IMG/VR virus record: IMGVR_UViG_3300043424_000514 | Coordinates: 8,871 to 72,870 of that record | Reading direction: 5' to 3' (one strand) | DNA length: 64,000 nucleotides | Origin: a virus | Shown: in pieces, positions 55,569 to 62,932 of the stretch | How positions within the stretch are numbered: position 1 is the first letter of the stretch | Layout of the letters: each line of letters begins with the position of its first letter | Made by a program: the position numbers and the translations under genes | Notes under the pieces: generated by a model | What the model saw: the letters and a program-made list of their open reading frames with translations, nothing else | Told to the model about the DNA's origin: nothing | Databases searched by the model: none

Positions 55569-55976
55569 TTAGTAGATGTCGTCATCTGACCCCGTGTTTT
55601 CCGGCACAACCCGATATTCCGAGTAGTTGAACTCTTCACGCACCTCGGCGTGAGCCTCGCCGCAAGACATCAACTCAACCTCGTAAGGCCCGCCATCGAC
55701 AGACACTTTGAGGTCGGCCCACCCATTCACCGAGCGGGTTTGAATCTTCCACTTGGATTCCTTGAACCCTATGATCCTTGATTCATCCACATCGAAGTAG
55801 CCTTCTCTGGTCGTCTGGATTGTGGCGTCGTGTTCTTTGGCGAGTTCATTCGCCTCTTCGCTGTCCTCCAGCATAAGCTCGGCTATTTCCATAGCCACCT
55901 TTCTGGAAGGGGCTTCAATACGGAAGCTGTCGTGACGAGTGGCTTCCATTACAATTTCAATCTCGAATGTTTTCAT
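55569..55976 (-). CDS. hypothetical early protein
   Basis: SD leader; GWAD...RVV...D.D(L/I)Y C-terminus shared with 54452-54865. Confidence 0.6.
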   Translation of the reverse strand: MKTFEIEIVMEATRHDSFRIEAPSRKVAMEIAELMLEDSEEANELAKEHDATIQTTREGYFDVDESRIIGFKESKWKIQTRSVNGWADLKVSVDGGPYEVELMSCGEAHAEVREEFNYSEYRVVPENTGSDDDIY

Positions 55977-55994
55977 TTGGTTTTCCTTTCTTTG

Positions 55995-56393
55995 TTATCG
56001 GCTAACGCCGAGTTGCTTTCTAATCCACGGCTCTGTTGTCTGGTCGCCATGCTCAACCAAGGCATCGAGTGCCGTGTAGAGCAGGGACAACAAGTCGAAC
56101 TGGTCGGTAACAGGATTGATTGTGGGGTGCGTATCGCTATACCCCTCTCGCTCGTTCTTGTGTTCCTCGAACCAGTCTGTGATCTTCTGGTGCATAGAGT
56201 CTAGGAACTGCAACGCCTCCTGTTTCTCTTTCTCCTCGTAGGATTTGTTCATCCAATCAGTTATCAATGAAGCGCCGCCGATGATTTCCTTTCGGTCGAA
56301 CGGGATGCCGTAAGCCATAGCCATAGACAACTGCGCCATGCTGTAAGCCATCCAAGAGTATTCTTCTTTCGAGAGTGTAGGGTCTAACTTCAT
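55995..56393 (-). CDS. hypothetical early protein
   Basis: SD leader. Confidence 0.6.
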   Translation of the reverse strand: MKLDPTLSKEEYSWMAYSMAQLSMAMAYGIPFDRKEIIGGASLITDWMNKSYEEKEKQEALQFLDSMHQKITDWFEEHKNEREGYSDTHPTINPVTDQFDLLSLLYTALDALVEHGDQTTEPWIRKQLGVSR

Positions 56394-56412
56394 AATCAGT
56401 TTCCTTTCTTTG

Positions 56413-56622
56413 TTATCGGGTAACAGGGTTCCAGTAGGCCGAGATGTGCGCCGGAAAATACCGAGCGAGGATGTCGAGGGTCTGCTTGTTCTCTGCTGGG
56501 GTGCAGCGGTTCACCTCCTCGATCCACCTGTCGGGATCGGCGGGGATGTGCTTGGCTGATGGACGCCACTCCTCCAAGGGTTTGTTGTTCAGGGTGGCGA
56601 TGTCGTTTCTTTCTATTCTCAT
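56413..56622 (-). CDS. hypothetical early protein
   Basis: AAAGCAACCT-ATG leader. Confidence 0.5.
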   Translation of the reverse strand: MRIERNDIATLNNKPLEEWRPSAKHIPADPDRWIEEVNRCTPAENKQTLDILARYFPAHISAYWNPVTR

Positions 56623-56775
56623 AGGTTGCTTTACCTTTAGGCGCTTTGATTCCCTAGGGAGGTGACAGAGTTACGCCATGTAACTCCGATCCCTATGGGA
56701 ACTTGCAGTTGCGCCCGACCGCAAGCTGCCGCTCCCTGTTAGCGGATAACAGGAAGCGGGGTGCTTGCGTTCAGG

Positions 56776-56859
56776 TCAGAGCCAGAACAGGGCGAGCAAC
56801 GCCCCGATGCCGACGACCAGTCCGGCAAAGTCAGCGATGAGAATAAGCAGGTCTTTCAT
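56776..56859 (-). CDS. 27-aa single-pass membrane peptide
   Basis: MKDLLILIADFAGLVVGIGALLALFWL preceded by AAGAAAGG SD. Confidence 0.55.
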   Translation of the reverse strand: MKDLLILIADFAGLVVGIGALLALFWL

Positions 56860-57016
56860 AGTAGCCTTTCTTGTTGAATGTTTCTTCGATGAGCCGATAA
56901 GCCTCGGCCTTGGTTTGCGGAGTGCGGGAGACTCCGAGCTTGCGAAGCGTCTCGATCTGTCGATAGGTCGGCAGAACCTCACGCCATGAAGGAGGTAATA
57001 AGTTCATGTGGACTTA

Positions 57017-57256
57017 TTACACCGAGAGCGTGGCAAACGGCTGGTAGGTGAGCCTGTCCGATGTGGGCTGGCTTGGCTTGTCGCCAAGCAGGTTGGCGGG
57101 GATCGTGTTCAAGTTGCACCGAACGCGGCGCGAGCCGTGGTTGATGTCAACGCCTTCATGCTTGAGGGTGTTCAAGTCGGCGATGGATTGAGCCGCCATG
57201 TAGTTGCGGATGAAGCGATGGCTGGCGTTTTCGTTACGGATGATGATGTCTTTCAT
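57017..57256 (-). CDS. hypothetical early protein
   Basis: 79-aa ORF; weak leader. Confidence 0.45.
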   Translation of the reverse strand: MKDIIIRNENASHRFIRNYMAAQSIADLNTLKHEGVDINHGSRRVRCNLNTIPANLLGDKPSQPTSDRLTYQPFATLSV

Positions 57257-57396
57257 ATTACTTAATGCCTGAAGTCCCCTAGGTTTAATTGCCCAAAGAG
57301 TTAGGGGAGCCTTGGTTCTTTGGTTCTGCTGGTATCAACAGACTGCTGCCCCGTTTAAGGTTTTCTTAAACGAGGCAGAGTGTCTATCGGGTCAGA

Positions 57397-57786
57397 TTAG
57401 CTGACCAGCTTGGCGGCGATCTTCGCCGCGAGCTTCTTGTCGATGTTGAACTCCTGCAACACCGCCATGATCTTGGACTTGCGGCCTTTGAGCATGGTCT
57501 TCTGCAATTCCGCCTTGGCTTCCTCACTCATCGGGGTGCCGAAGATCGTCTTGGCCCAATAGCTGATCTTGTTGGCTACGGCGAAGTAGGCGGATTTGGC
57601 CTTGTCGTCCTTCTTCCGATTCGCCGAGAGATCGGCGAAGTTCCACACGGCTTTCAACTCGTCGCGAAGCTGGTCTTCTGTGATGCCAGATGCCTTGATG
57701 CTTGGGATCATGGCGATGACGCTGTCATGCTGTGATTGAGCGGCGACGATGGCATTGACGATGGATTTTAGTGTTACTTTTTTCAT
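57397..57786 (-). CDS. basic Lys/Ala-rich protein, first gene of early array
   Basis: 129 aa; flanked on both sides by GTTTAAG hairpins. Confidence 0.65.
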   Translation of the reverse strand: MKKVTLKSIVNAIVAAQSQHDSVIAMIPSIKASGITEDQLRDELKAVWNFADLSANRKKDDKAKSAYFAVANKISYWAKTIFGTPMSEEAKAELQKTMLKGRKSKIMAVLQEFNIDKKLAAKIAAKLVS

Positions 57787-58399
57787 TGTGTCTTGTCTTT
57801 CTGAAATGCGTTTAAGGTTTTCTTAAACGGCTTGATGAAGGATTGAAGCGGCTGTGGCGGTGTCGCCGATTGGCGACCGCTTCCGTTCATCCCTTCACTG
57901 ATTCATTGCGCCGTTATCGTTTTTCCCTAGTGAACGGAGGATGCTTGGAATCGCAAACCGATTGCATTTCGCCGAAACATCCAAGGCAACTTTGCTATTT
58001 TCGCCATTTTCGCCTGAAACAGGCATGGACACACTAGGACAAAGCGGGACAAGGAATCCATGAACCATTGATTATCAACGACTTACAAAGAATCAGGCAC
58101 AGGTCAAAAGCCCGCACCCACCACCCACCCCACCACGGTGCCTCCCTATCAGGCGCTGTCCATATAATACTATCTTATATACCGGCTTACAAAATTTTTT
58201 CGTTATTTTAAGCGTTATTAACTTTTTAGGTAATTTAGCAAGTCCCTAGGGAAGATAAAAAGCTCAAGCGCAAGCGCAAGCCGCTCGAAAGCTAGAAAAC
58301 TTAGCCGGAGGCTCTACGATTGGAGGATTTTACTGCGAAGACCGCGAAGCGCGGGCAAAAGTCTCGGTTTTTTCGACTGAAAAGGGGCTCCGATAGGGC

Positions 58400-58745
58400 A
58401 AAAACCCCTGAAAAGGGGGTTTAGAAACGAAAAGGGGGTTTAGGGGGGGATAGGTTTTCGCTAAACCCCCCAAGTTAAAGCTCTATACGATAATGCTTTT
58501 ACCTCTTTCGGGGGGTTTAGGGGGGAGTAGTATATCTTTTTTAAGAAATAAAATATAATATAAGAAGGGGTATGTCCCATACCTTCCCCGAAAAGAGCCC
58601 CCCGTCGATTCCGCCCCCCTAAACCCCCAAACCCCCCGAGATTTCTGTAACGACTTCGTCGAGAATTATTTCTAATTCGTAAAAACCGGGGGGTTTGGGT
58701 TTTGCTAAACCCCCCATTCGGGCTAAACCCCCCTCGAAACAAAAA
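58400..58745. repeat. ori-like region: seven GGGGGTTTAG/CTAAACCCCC decamers around an AT-rich core
   Basis: copies at 58415, 58434, 58511 (forward) and 58461, 58619, 58705, 58723 (reverse); AT-rich tract about 58528-58566; non-coding. Confidence 0.75.
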
Positions 58746-58797
58746 AAGCGCCTATTCAAGGCGCAAAGAATCAAAGAAACAATGCTACAATACCCGC

Positions 58798-59337
58798 CTA
58801 TTCGCAGCTCCAGGTCTCAGTTTGCAGCCTGAGTCGAGGAACCACACCAGCGGTGAACGACCGATCCTCGAATACGACCTTGTTGGTCGGCTGGATCGTG
58901 AGTCGTCCGTTGTCTAGTTCAAGGAACATGAACTCCTTGTTTTGTTCTGGGGAATCAGAGAACCCCTCGTTCATAGGGGCGGTGGTAAAGAGATACGACC
59001 CTCGGTAGGATTTGTCGCCGATGAGGGCGTGGCAGCGCAGGCCGCGGAGGTAAGTGTATTCGTGGACCGCCCAGTCGTGACCGTAGCAGTCCCAGAGTTG
59101 AGCGTCTTCCTCGCTCCATAGGGGCTCGGGGTCTTTGGAAAAGGATACAGCGTGCGGGGGGAGGTTTCGGTAAACGGCTCCGCATTCGAGCATGACATTC
59201 AGGCCCCACATCCGCCCAGGGATCGACACCAGGCCGAACCACACCCCAGGGACAAAGCCACAGGGAGTTTCGTGCGTATAATTCGAGTCCACCTCGATGT
59301 AGAGGTGCTTGGGGAGGCTCCCGATCCGGGTGTTCAT
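58798..59337 (-). CDS. phage protein of unknown function
   Basis: GAVYRNLPPHA, QLWDCY, YLFT, LDNG....QP.N pattern that I recall from aquatic phages. Confidence 0.7.
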   Translation of the reverse strand: MNTRIGSLPKHLYIEVDSNYTHETPCGFVPGVWFGLVSIPGRMWGLNVMLECGAVYRNLPPHAVSFSKDPEPLWSEEDAQLWDCYGHDWAVHEYTYLRGLRCHALIGDKSYRGSYLFTTAPMNEGFSDSPEQNKEFMFLELDNGRLTIQPTNKVVFEDRSFTAGVVPRLRLQTETWSCE

Positions 59338-59630
59338 AGCTCGCCTCGGATAACTTTTTCCGCCGTCTCGGTCTTTTCGAGCATTCGGTTGATGCGGTCG
59401 AGCCAGTTTGTAGCCTTTTTAGGCTTTTTCTCGGTCTTTTTGCGCGGTTTGGTGGAGGGAATGGGTTTGAATTTCTGTTCTGGCGCGATTTCAGTGACCT
59501 CGTAGGTCGTGAACCGCTTCCGGCAGCGGGCACATTGCCGTCTGCGGCGGACGCGAAGCTCGTAGGCATCGCGGAGTTTGCGGGAGTCGATGATTTTGGA
59601 CTTGGCGGCTTCGCAGTGAGGGCACTTCAT
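59334..59630 (-). CDS. NrdR-like zinc-ribbon protein lacking ATP cone
   Basis: MKCPHC...IIDSR...RRRRQC..C..RFTTYE. Confidence 0.8.
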   Translation of the reverse strand: MKCPHCEAAKSKIIDSRKLRDAYELRVRRRRQCARCRKRFTTYEVTEIAPEQKFKPIPSTKPRKKTEKKPKKATNWLDRINRMLEKTETAEKVIRGEL

Positions 59631-59803
59631 TTCGTGAACCAGTGCTTAAAGTGCCCAAAGTCGCGGGGTTCTGTGACAAAGGTGTTCTTCTCGCACACAT
59701 CGCACTTGCCGAAGTGGAAAGTGGACACAGATTTGACCTTGCTAGAGCCGTGTTTTCGTCCGCATGGAACGCAAGCCCAAGATGGGTAGGGCTTTTCTTT
59801 CAT
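59627..59803 (-). CDS. small zinc-finger protein (58 aa, below ORF-track cutoff)
   Basis: hand-translated MKEKPYPSWACVPCG...GKCDVC...TEPRDFGH...; ATGA-coupled on both sides. Confidence 0.65.
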   Translation of the reverse strand: MKEKPYPSWACVPCGRKHGSSKVKSVSTFHFGKCDVCEKNTFVTEPRDFGHFKHWFTK

Positions 59804-60036
59804 TTAGAGGTGGACATTTTGACAGACATTAGCGCCTCACGGAGTTCGGTGACGACGCCGAACTTGTCGTTCTCGAAGTCGATTTCAGCCAGTGCGATAG
59901 CCCTTTCTGCGATGTAGATTAGTTCTCTAATCTGCTCCCGCGCCTCGTCGCGCTCGCGTTCCAACTGCTGTGCGTGGAGCCGTGGGTTGCAACTGGCGCT
60001 ATCCCAACAAGCATCCGTCTCTGGTGTATCGGTCAT
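59800..60036 (-). CDS. hypothetical coiled-coil protein
   Basis: MTDTPETDA...LERERDEARE. Confidence 0.6.
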   Translation of the reverse strand: MTDTPETDACWDSASCNPRLHAQQLERERDEAREQIRELIYIAERAIALAEIDFENDKFGVVTELREALMSVKMSTSK

Positions 60037-60404
60037 TTAATGTCCTCCCATTTTCCTAATGTTTTAAGAAATGCCTCGGCGCGTTGGCGGGCAGTTGCGC
60101 GAATTAGCTTATTGGCTATTGACCATGTAATTGTGTGGTCGTCGTATTGATCTCCTTGCGGAATAATTAGATGGTAAAGGTTCACGGCAAAATAAAAGTC
60201 ATTATCGAGCGTTTCCCCCGCTTCGTGCATCGCGTTGAGGTCGTTGCAGTAGTCGGGGATTTGAGTTTCCAGCGTTCGATTGCCATGCTCTGTCCGCTTC
60301 CAGCCATGCGGCCTTCTTCCAAATTCTACAGGAGCGTGAGAAGACTGAATTTCTTTCCACCCACACGCCTCAGCGATGGCAATGTTGATTTGTTCGTCAC
60401 TCAT
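60033..60404 (-). CDS. phage ABA-sandwich-like domain protein
   Basis: IN.AIAE..GW...PDYCNDLNAMHEA...ATARQRAEAFL. Confidence 0.6.
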   Translation of the reverse strand: MSDEQINIAIAEACGWKEIQSSHAPVEFGRRPHGWKRTEHGNRTLETQIPDYCNDLNAMHEAGETLDNDFYFAVNLYHLIIPQGDQYDDHTITWSIANKLIRATARQRAEAFLKTLGKWEDIK

Positions 60405-60685
60405 TTCGCGCCCTCCTTGAGTTTCTCCAAAATAGACCCTCTCAAGCTCTCAAGGCACTTGATCGCCATGTCGATTCCCGTATTAGTCCCACTCCTAGCT
60501 CCATCCATCCAGATCGGTTTCTCGTCGCGTCGAAGCAACTCGATCAATCTTTTGTTCTCTTCTCGCAGTGCGTCGCGCTCGCGTTCAAAACTTTCGCTCG
60601 TTGTGGCAAGAACAACGACGAGCTTTCTTCCTTCCGTATCGAAAGCAATAAACGATTTGGCGTCCGTCTCTGGTGTATCGCTCAT
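60401..60685 (-). CDS. hypothetical coiled-coil protein
   Basis: MSDTPETDA...FERERDALRE; paralogous N-terminus to 59800-60036. Confidence 0.6.
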   Translation of the reverse strand: MSDTPETDAKSFIAFDTEGRKLVVVLATTSESFERERDALREENKRLIELLRRDEKPIWMDGARSGTNTGIDMAIKCLESLRGSILEKLKEGAK

Positions 60686-60846
60686 TTCATTCTCCCATAA
60701 AGCCCGCAGAGGGGGCAGGTCGTGAACTTCCTGTTCTTGCGTATGCTATTTGCTTCGATGATGTTCATAACACACGCAGTCAGAATCGTGATCCCTAGGG
60801 CGATGAAGCAAATCGTCTCTCCGCTGATGAACTTCTCCCGCTTCAT
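60682..60846 (-). CDS. small membrane protein (54 aa)
   Basis: hand-translated MKREKFISGETICFIALGITILTACVM...CPLCG; fills gap with ATGA overlaps. Confidence 0.5.
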   Translation of the reverse strand: MKREKFISGETICFIALGITILTACVMNIIEANSIRKNRKFTTCPLCGLYGRMK

Positions 60847-61136
60847 TTCTCGGTATCCAGGAAGTCGATCGCCTCGGCGACGAGTTTTTTGGCGGTCGCG
60901 GCCCCGATGAACCGGTAAATCCCGACGAGGGCCTCGTCTCCGGCCTCCAGAACGAAACGAGCCTTGTCAGTGTCTTCGAGTTCCTTGAGCTTGATGCCGT
61001 GTTTCTCGGCAAAACGGTTCATTCCACACCCGAGACGGGTCCAGTGGTTCCCGATCAGGCGTTTTTGGGCTTGTTTTTTCTCGTCGCGGAGCGACCAGGC
61101 GAGTTTGAGTAGTGTTTCGGTGTTGTCTGTTGTCAT
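60843..61136 (-). CDS. hypothetical protein
   Basis: start after TAATAACCGCATAACT leader. Confidence 0.55.
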   Translation of the reverse strand: MTTDNTETLLKLAWSLRDEKKQAQKRLIGNHWTRLGCGMNRFAEKHGIKLKELEDTDKARFVLEAGDEALVGIYRFIGAATAKKLVAEAIDFLDTEK

Positions 61137-61178
61137 AGTTATGCGGTTATTACTGACATCTGTGGTTTGATTTCGTTC

Positions 61179-61220
61179 AAAAGAAAAAGCCCGCTTCGTG
61201 ATTGCCAGTTGTGGCGGGCG
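61179..61220 (-). terminator. putative Rho-independent terminator after helicase
   Basis: GCCCGC...GCGGGC followed by TTTTTCTTTT on minus strand. Confidence 0.55.
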
Positions 61221-61270
61221 CACAACCTGAAAGAACGGGCCTAACCTTTCCCGTTTGGCGTTTGTAAGCG

Positions 61271-62932
61271 TCACGACTCGCTTTTTTCCGTGCTGTCGAA
61301 GGTCACATCACCTTTCGGCTCGACCCACGGCAGGAAAATGGAGAATTGGAGGGACTTCTTCGACTTCGGCGCTCTCTTGACCACCTCAACGCCGGTGTCT
61401 CCCCTGGCGGCAAGCTCTCGAAGCCGCGCGGACAGGATCGTGTGGGTGATCCCGCGCATCTGTTCCGGTGAAGAACGGAAACAGTTTCCAAGCTCGTCAA
61501 GAATCGCGGAGGCAGTGCCGACGAAAGGGGTTTTTCTCTCGGAGGCCGGACGCCTGCCCCACCATTCGGCGAGCTTTTCTTGAATCGAGTAGGCGAGGGA
61601 GGTCTGGAAGATGCGCTCCTGAACTTCTTCTGCAATGATTGGTCGAATCCCATAGCGCCCCCGTTCGTCGAGCACTTCTTCTGGGGGGTTCCAAGCTCTA
61701 AGCCAAGCTAGAAAGTGGGGCAGTTCCGTCTTTTCGATGTTTTTGAAGACCTCCGAAGGCGGGTGGTCCTCCCATGATTTCATATAGACGGCAATCATCT
61801 TGTCGGCGTTGCTGATTTCGAGGTTCGGCATGAGCCGGATTGAGAACGGGTCGTCGTTGAGGGCGAGGACCACTCTGCCCGCCCAGGAAATCTCGGTCGG
61901 GGTCTCGAACTTTTTGTGGTAGGAGTGGACTGGGTTCGCAACGAGTTTTTTAATCTGCGCCGCATACTGGTTGCGCTTCTCCTCGCTACTGGCTCCGCGG
62001 GCGTCGTCGATCACCGCGAGCGGACTCTCGAATACATCCGCAGTAAAACCTCCGGCGTCCCCGCTTGCCATGGAGGAGAAATCGGCAAAGCCTCCCATGG
62101 CGGGTTTGAGGACCTTGTGAATCGTCCACGACTTGTAGCAGTGAATCGGACCGACCATGGCGAGAGCCTGCCCTGGAGCGAGTTCCCCCTCCTCGGCGCT
62201 TTCGTAGAAGCGTTTGAACCACGCGAGGAAAAGGTCCTTGTAGATCGGCTTGGCGAAAACATTGTCATAGACTTGGGCGATGAGCGGGAATCGCACGCCC
62301 CAAGCCCCCGCGATCTGCGCGGGCTCCATGAGCTTGATCGTGGAGGTATTGAGGAATTTGCGCCCGCCACGAACGAAGATGTCGTTCTTGTGGTATAGGA
62401 ACGGAGCGGCCCCATCGACACGGCGGTGCTTGAGAATCGTGTGCTTGGCGCGGTCCAGCGGGGACGCTGTCTGCCCCTTGGCGGCTCGGTCGGAGAAGCC
62501 CCGAACCTTGAGCATGGAAGTCACCATGCCGCCTGCCAACAAACGCCAGATGTTGTCTGCCCCGCGGTCGTAAAAGTTGCGCCCGTCAAAAGCGATGTCA
62601 TCGAACTGGTCGGGATCGACCGAGTGCCCGACTTTCAGCTTGCGCTTTGCATCGTCAATGGCTGCGGAGAAGGCGTCGGGTTCAGATACAGGAGCGTCTG
62701 CGTCTTCCCCGTGTCCTTCCTCTCCACGAACGGGAGCCTCGTCAGCCTCACCGCTGTCAGACTCCCCTGGCAGGCCCCCAGCGGAACTACCAAGCTCGCC
62801 AATTTTCTCACTCTCTCGCTCCACTGCTCCTTCGAGGTCGCGTTGATTAAGATGATCGAGTGCGCCGACTCGTTCCCCGAAAGGGTTATGGAAACGATCG
62901 GGAGTGGGAGTTTTTTCAGTATTGTCAGCCAT
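61271..62932 (-). CDS. SF3/DUF5906-type helicase-like protein
   Basis: LAMVGPIHCYKS (degenerate Walker A), LAVIDD (Walker B), IKKLV, VLALN (motif C). Confidence 0.65.
   Translation of the reverse strand: MADNTEKTPTPDRFHNPFGERVGALDHLNQRDLEGAVERESEKIGELGSSAGGLPGESDSGEADEAPVRGEEGHGEDADAPVSEPDAFSAAIDDAKRKLKVGHSVDPDQFDDIAFDGRNFYDRGADNIWRLLAGGMVTSMLKVRGFSDRAAKGQTASPLDRAKHTILKHRRVDGAAPFLYHKNDIFVRGGRKFLNTSTIKLMEPAQIAGAWGVRFPLIAQVYDNVFAKPIYKDLFLAWFKRFYESAEEGELAPGQALAMVGPIHCYKSWTIHKVLKPAMGGFADFSSMASGDAGGFTADVFESPLAVIDDARGASSEEKRNQYAAQIKKLVANPVHSYHKKFETPTEISWAGRVVLALNDDPFSIRLMPNLEISNADKMIAVYMKSWEDHPPSEVFKNIEKTELPHFLAWLRAWNPPEEVLDERGRYGIRPIIAEEVQERIFQTSLAYSIQEKLAEWWGRRPASERKTPFVGTASAILDELGNCFRSSPEQMRGITHTILSARLRELAARGDTGVEVVKRAPKSKKSLQFSIFLPWVEPKGDVTFDSTEKSES

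Larger units (their letters stand above)
52189..57828. repeat. three families of 19-bp 7-5-7 inverted repeats
   Basis: GTTTAAG-GTTTT-CTTAAAC at 54430, 55547, 57353, 57810; GAGTTAC-RCCAT-GTAACTC at 54371, 56668; (CC)TGTTA-N5-TAACA(GG) at 52189, 53709, 56409, 56735. Confidence 0.85.
44600..57830 (-). promoter_or_regulatory. recurrent intergenic leader TAA(TAA)CCCAACAACCAACAAGAAAGGAAAC-N3-7-ATG (about 20 degenerate copies)
   Basis: seen as GTTTCCTTTCTTGTTGGTTGTTGGGTTATTA variants on + strand at nearly every gene junction, e.g. 44601, 45121, 47395, 48850, 49561, 49995, 50250, 50610, 51046, 51260, 51582, 53430, 54868, 55533, 55978, 56396. Confidence 0.85.

Noticed and set aside
58400-58745. TTTAGGG as eukaryotic telomere repeats or contamination
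   Set aside because: Copies are dispersed and inverted rather than tandem, and are embedded between phage genes.
2782-60800. CCCYRGGG as only a deamination product of methylated CCCCGGGG
   Set aside because: The parent octamer would be expected only a few times by chance, too few to supply about 60 copies; deamination may still shape which variants occur.
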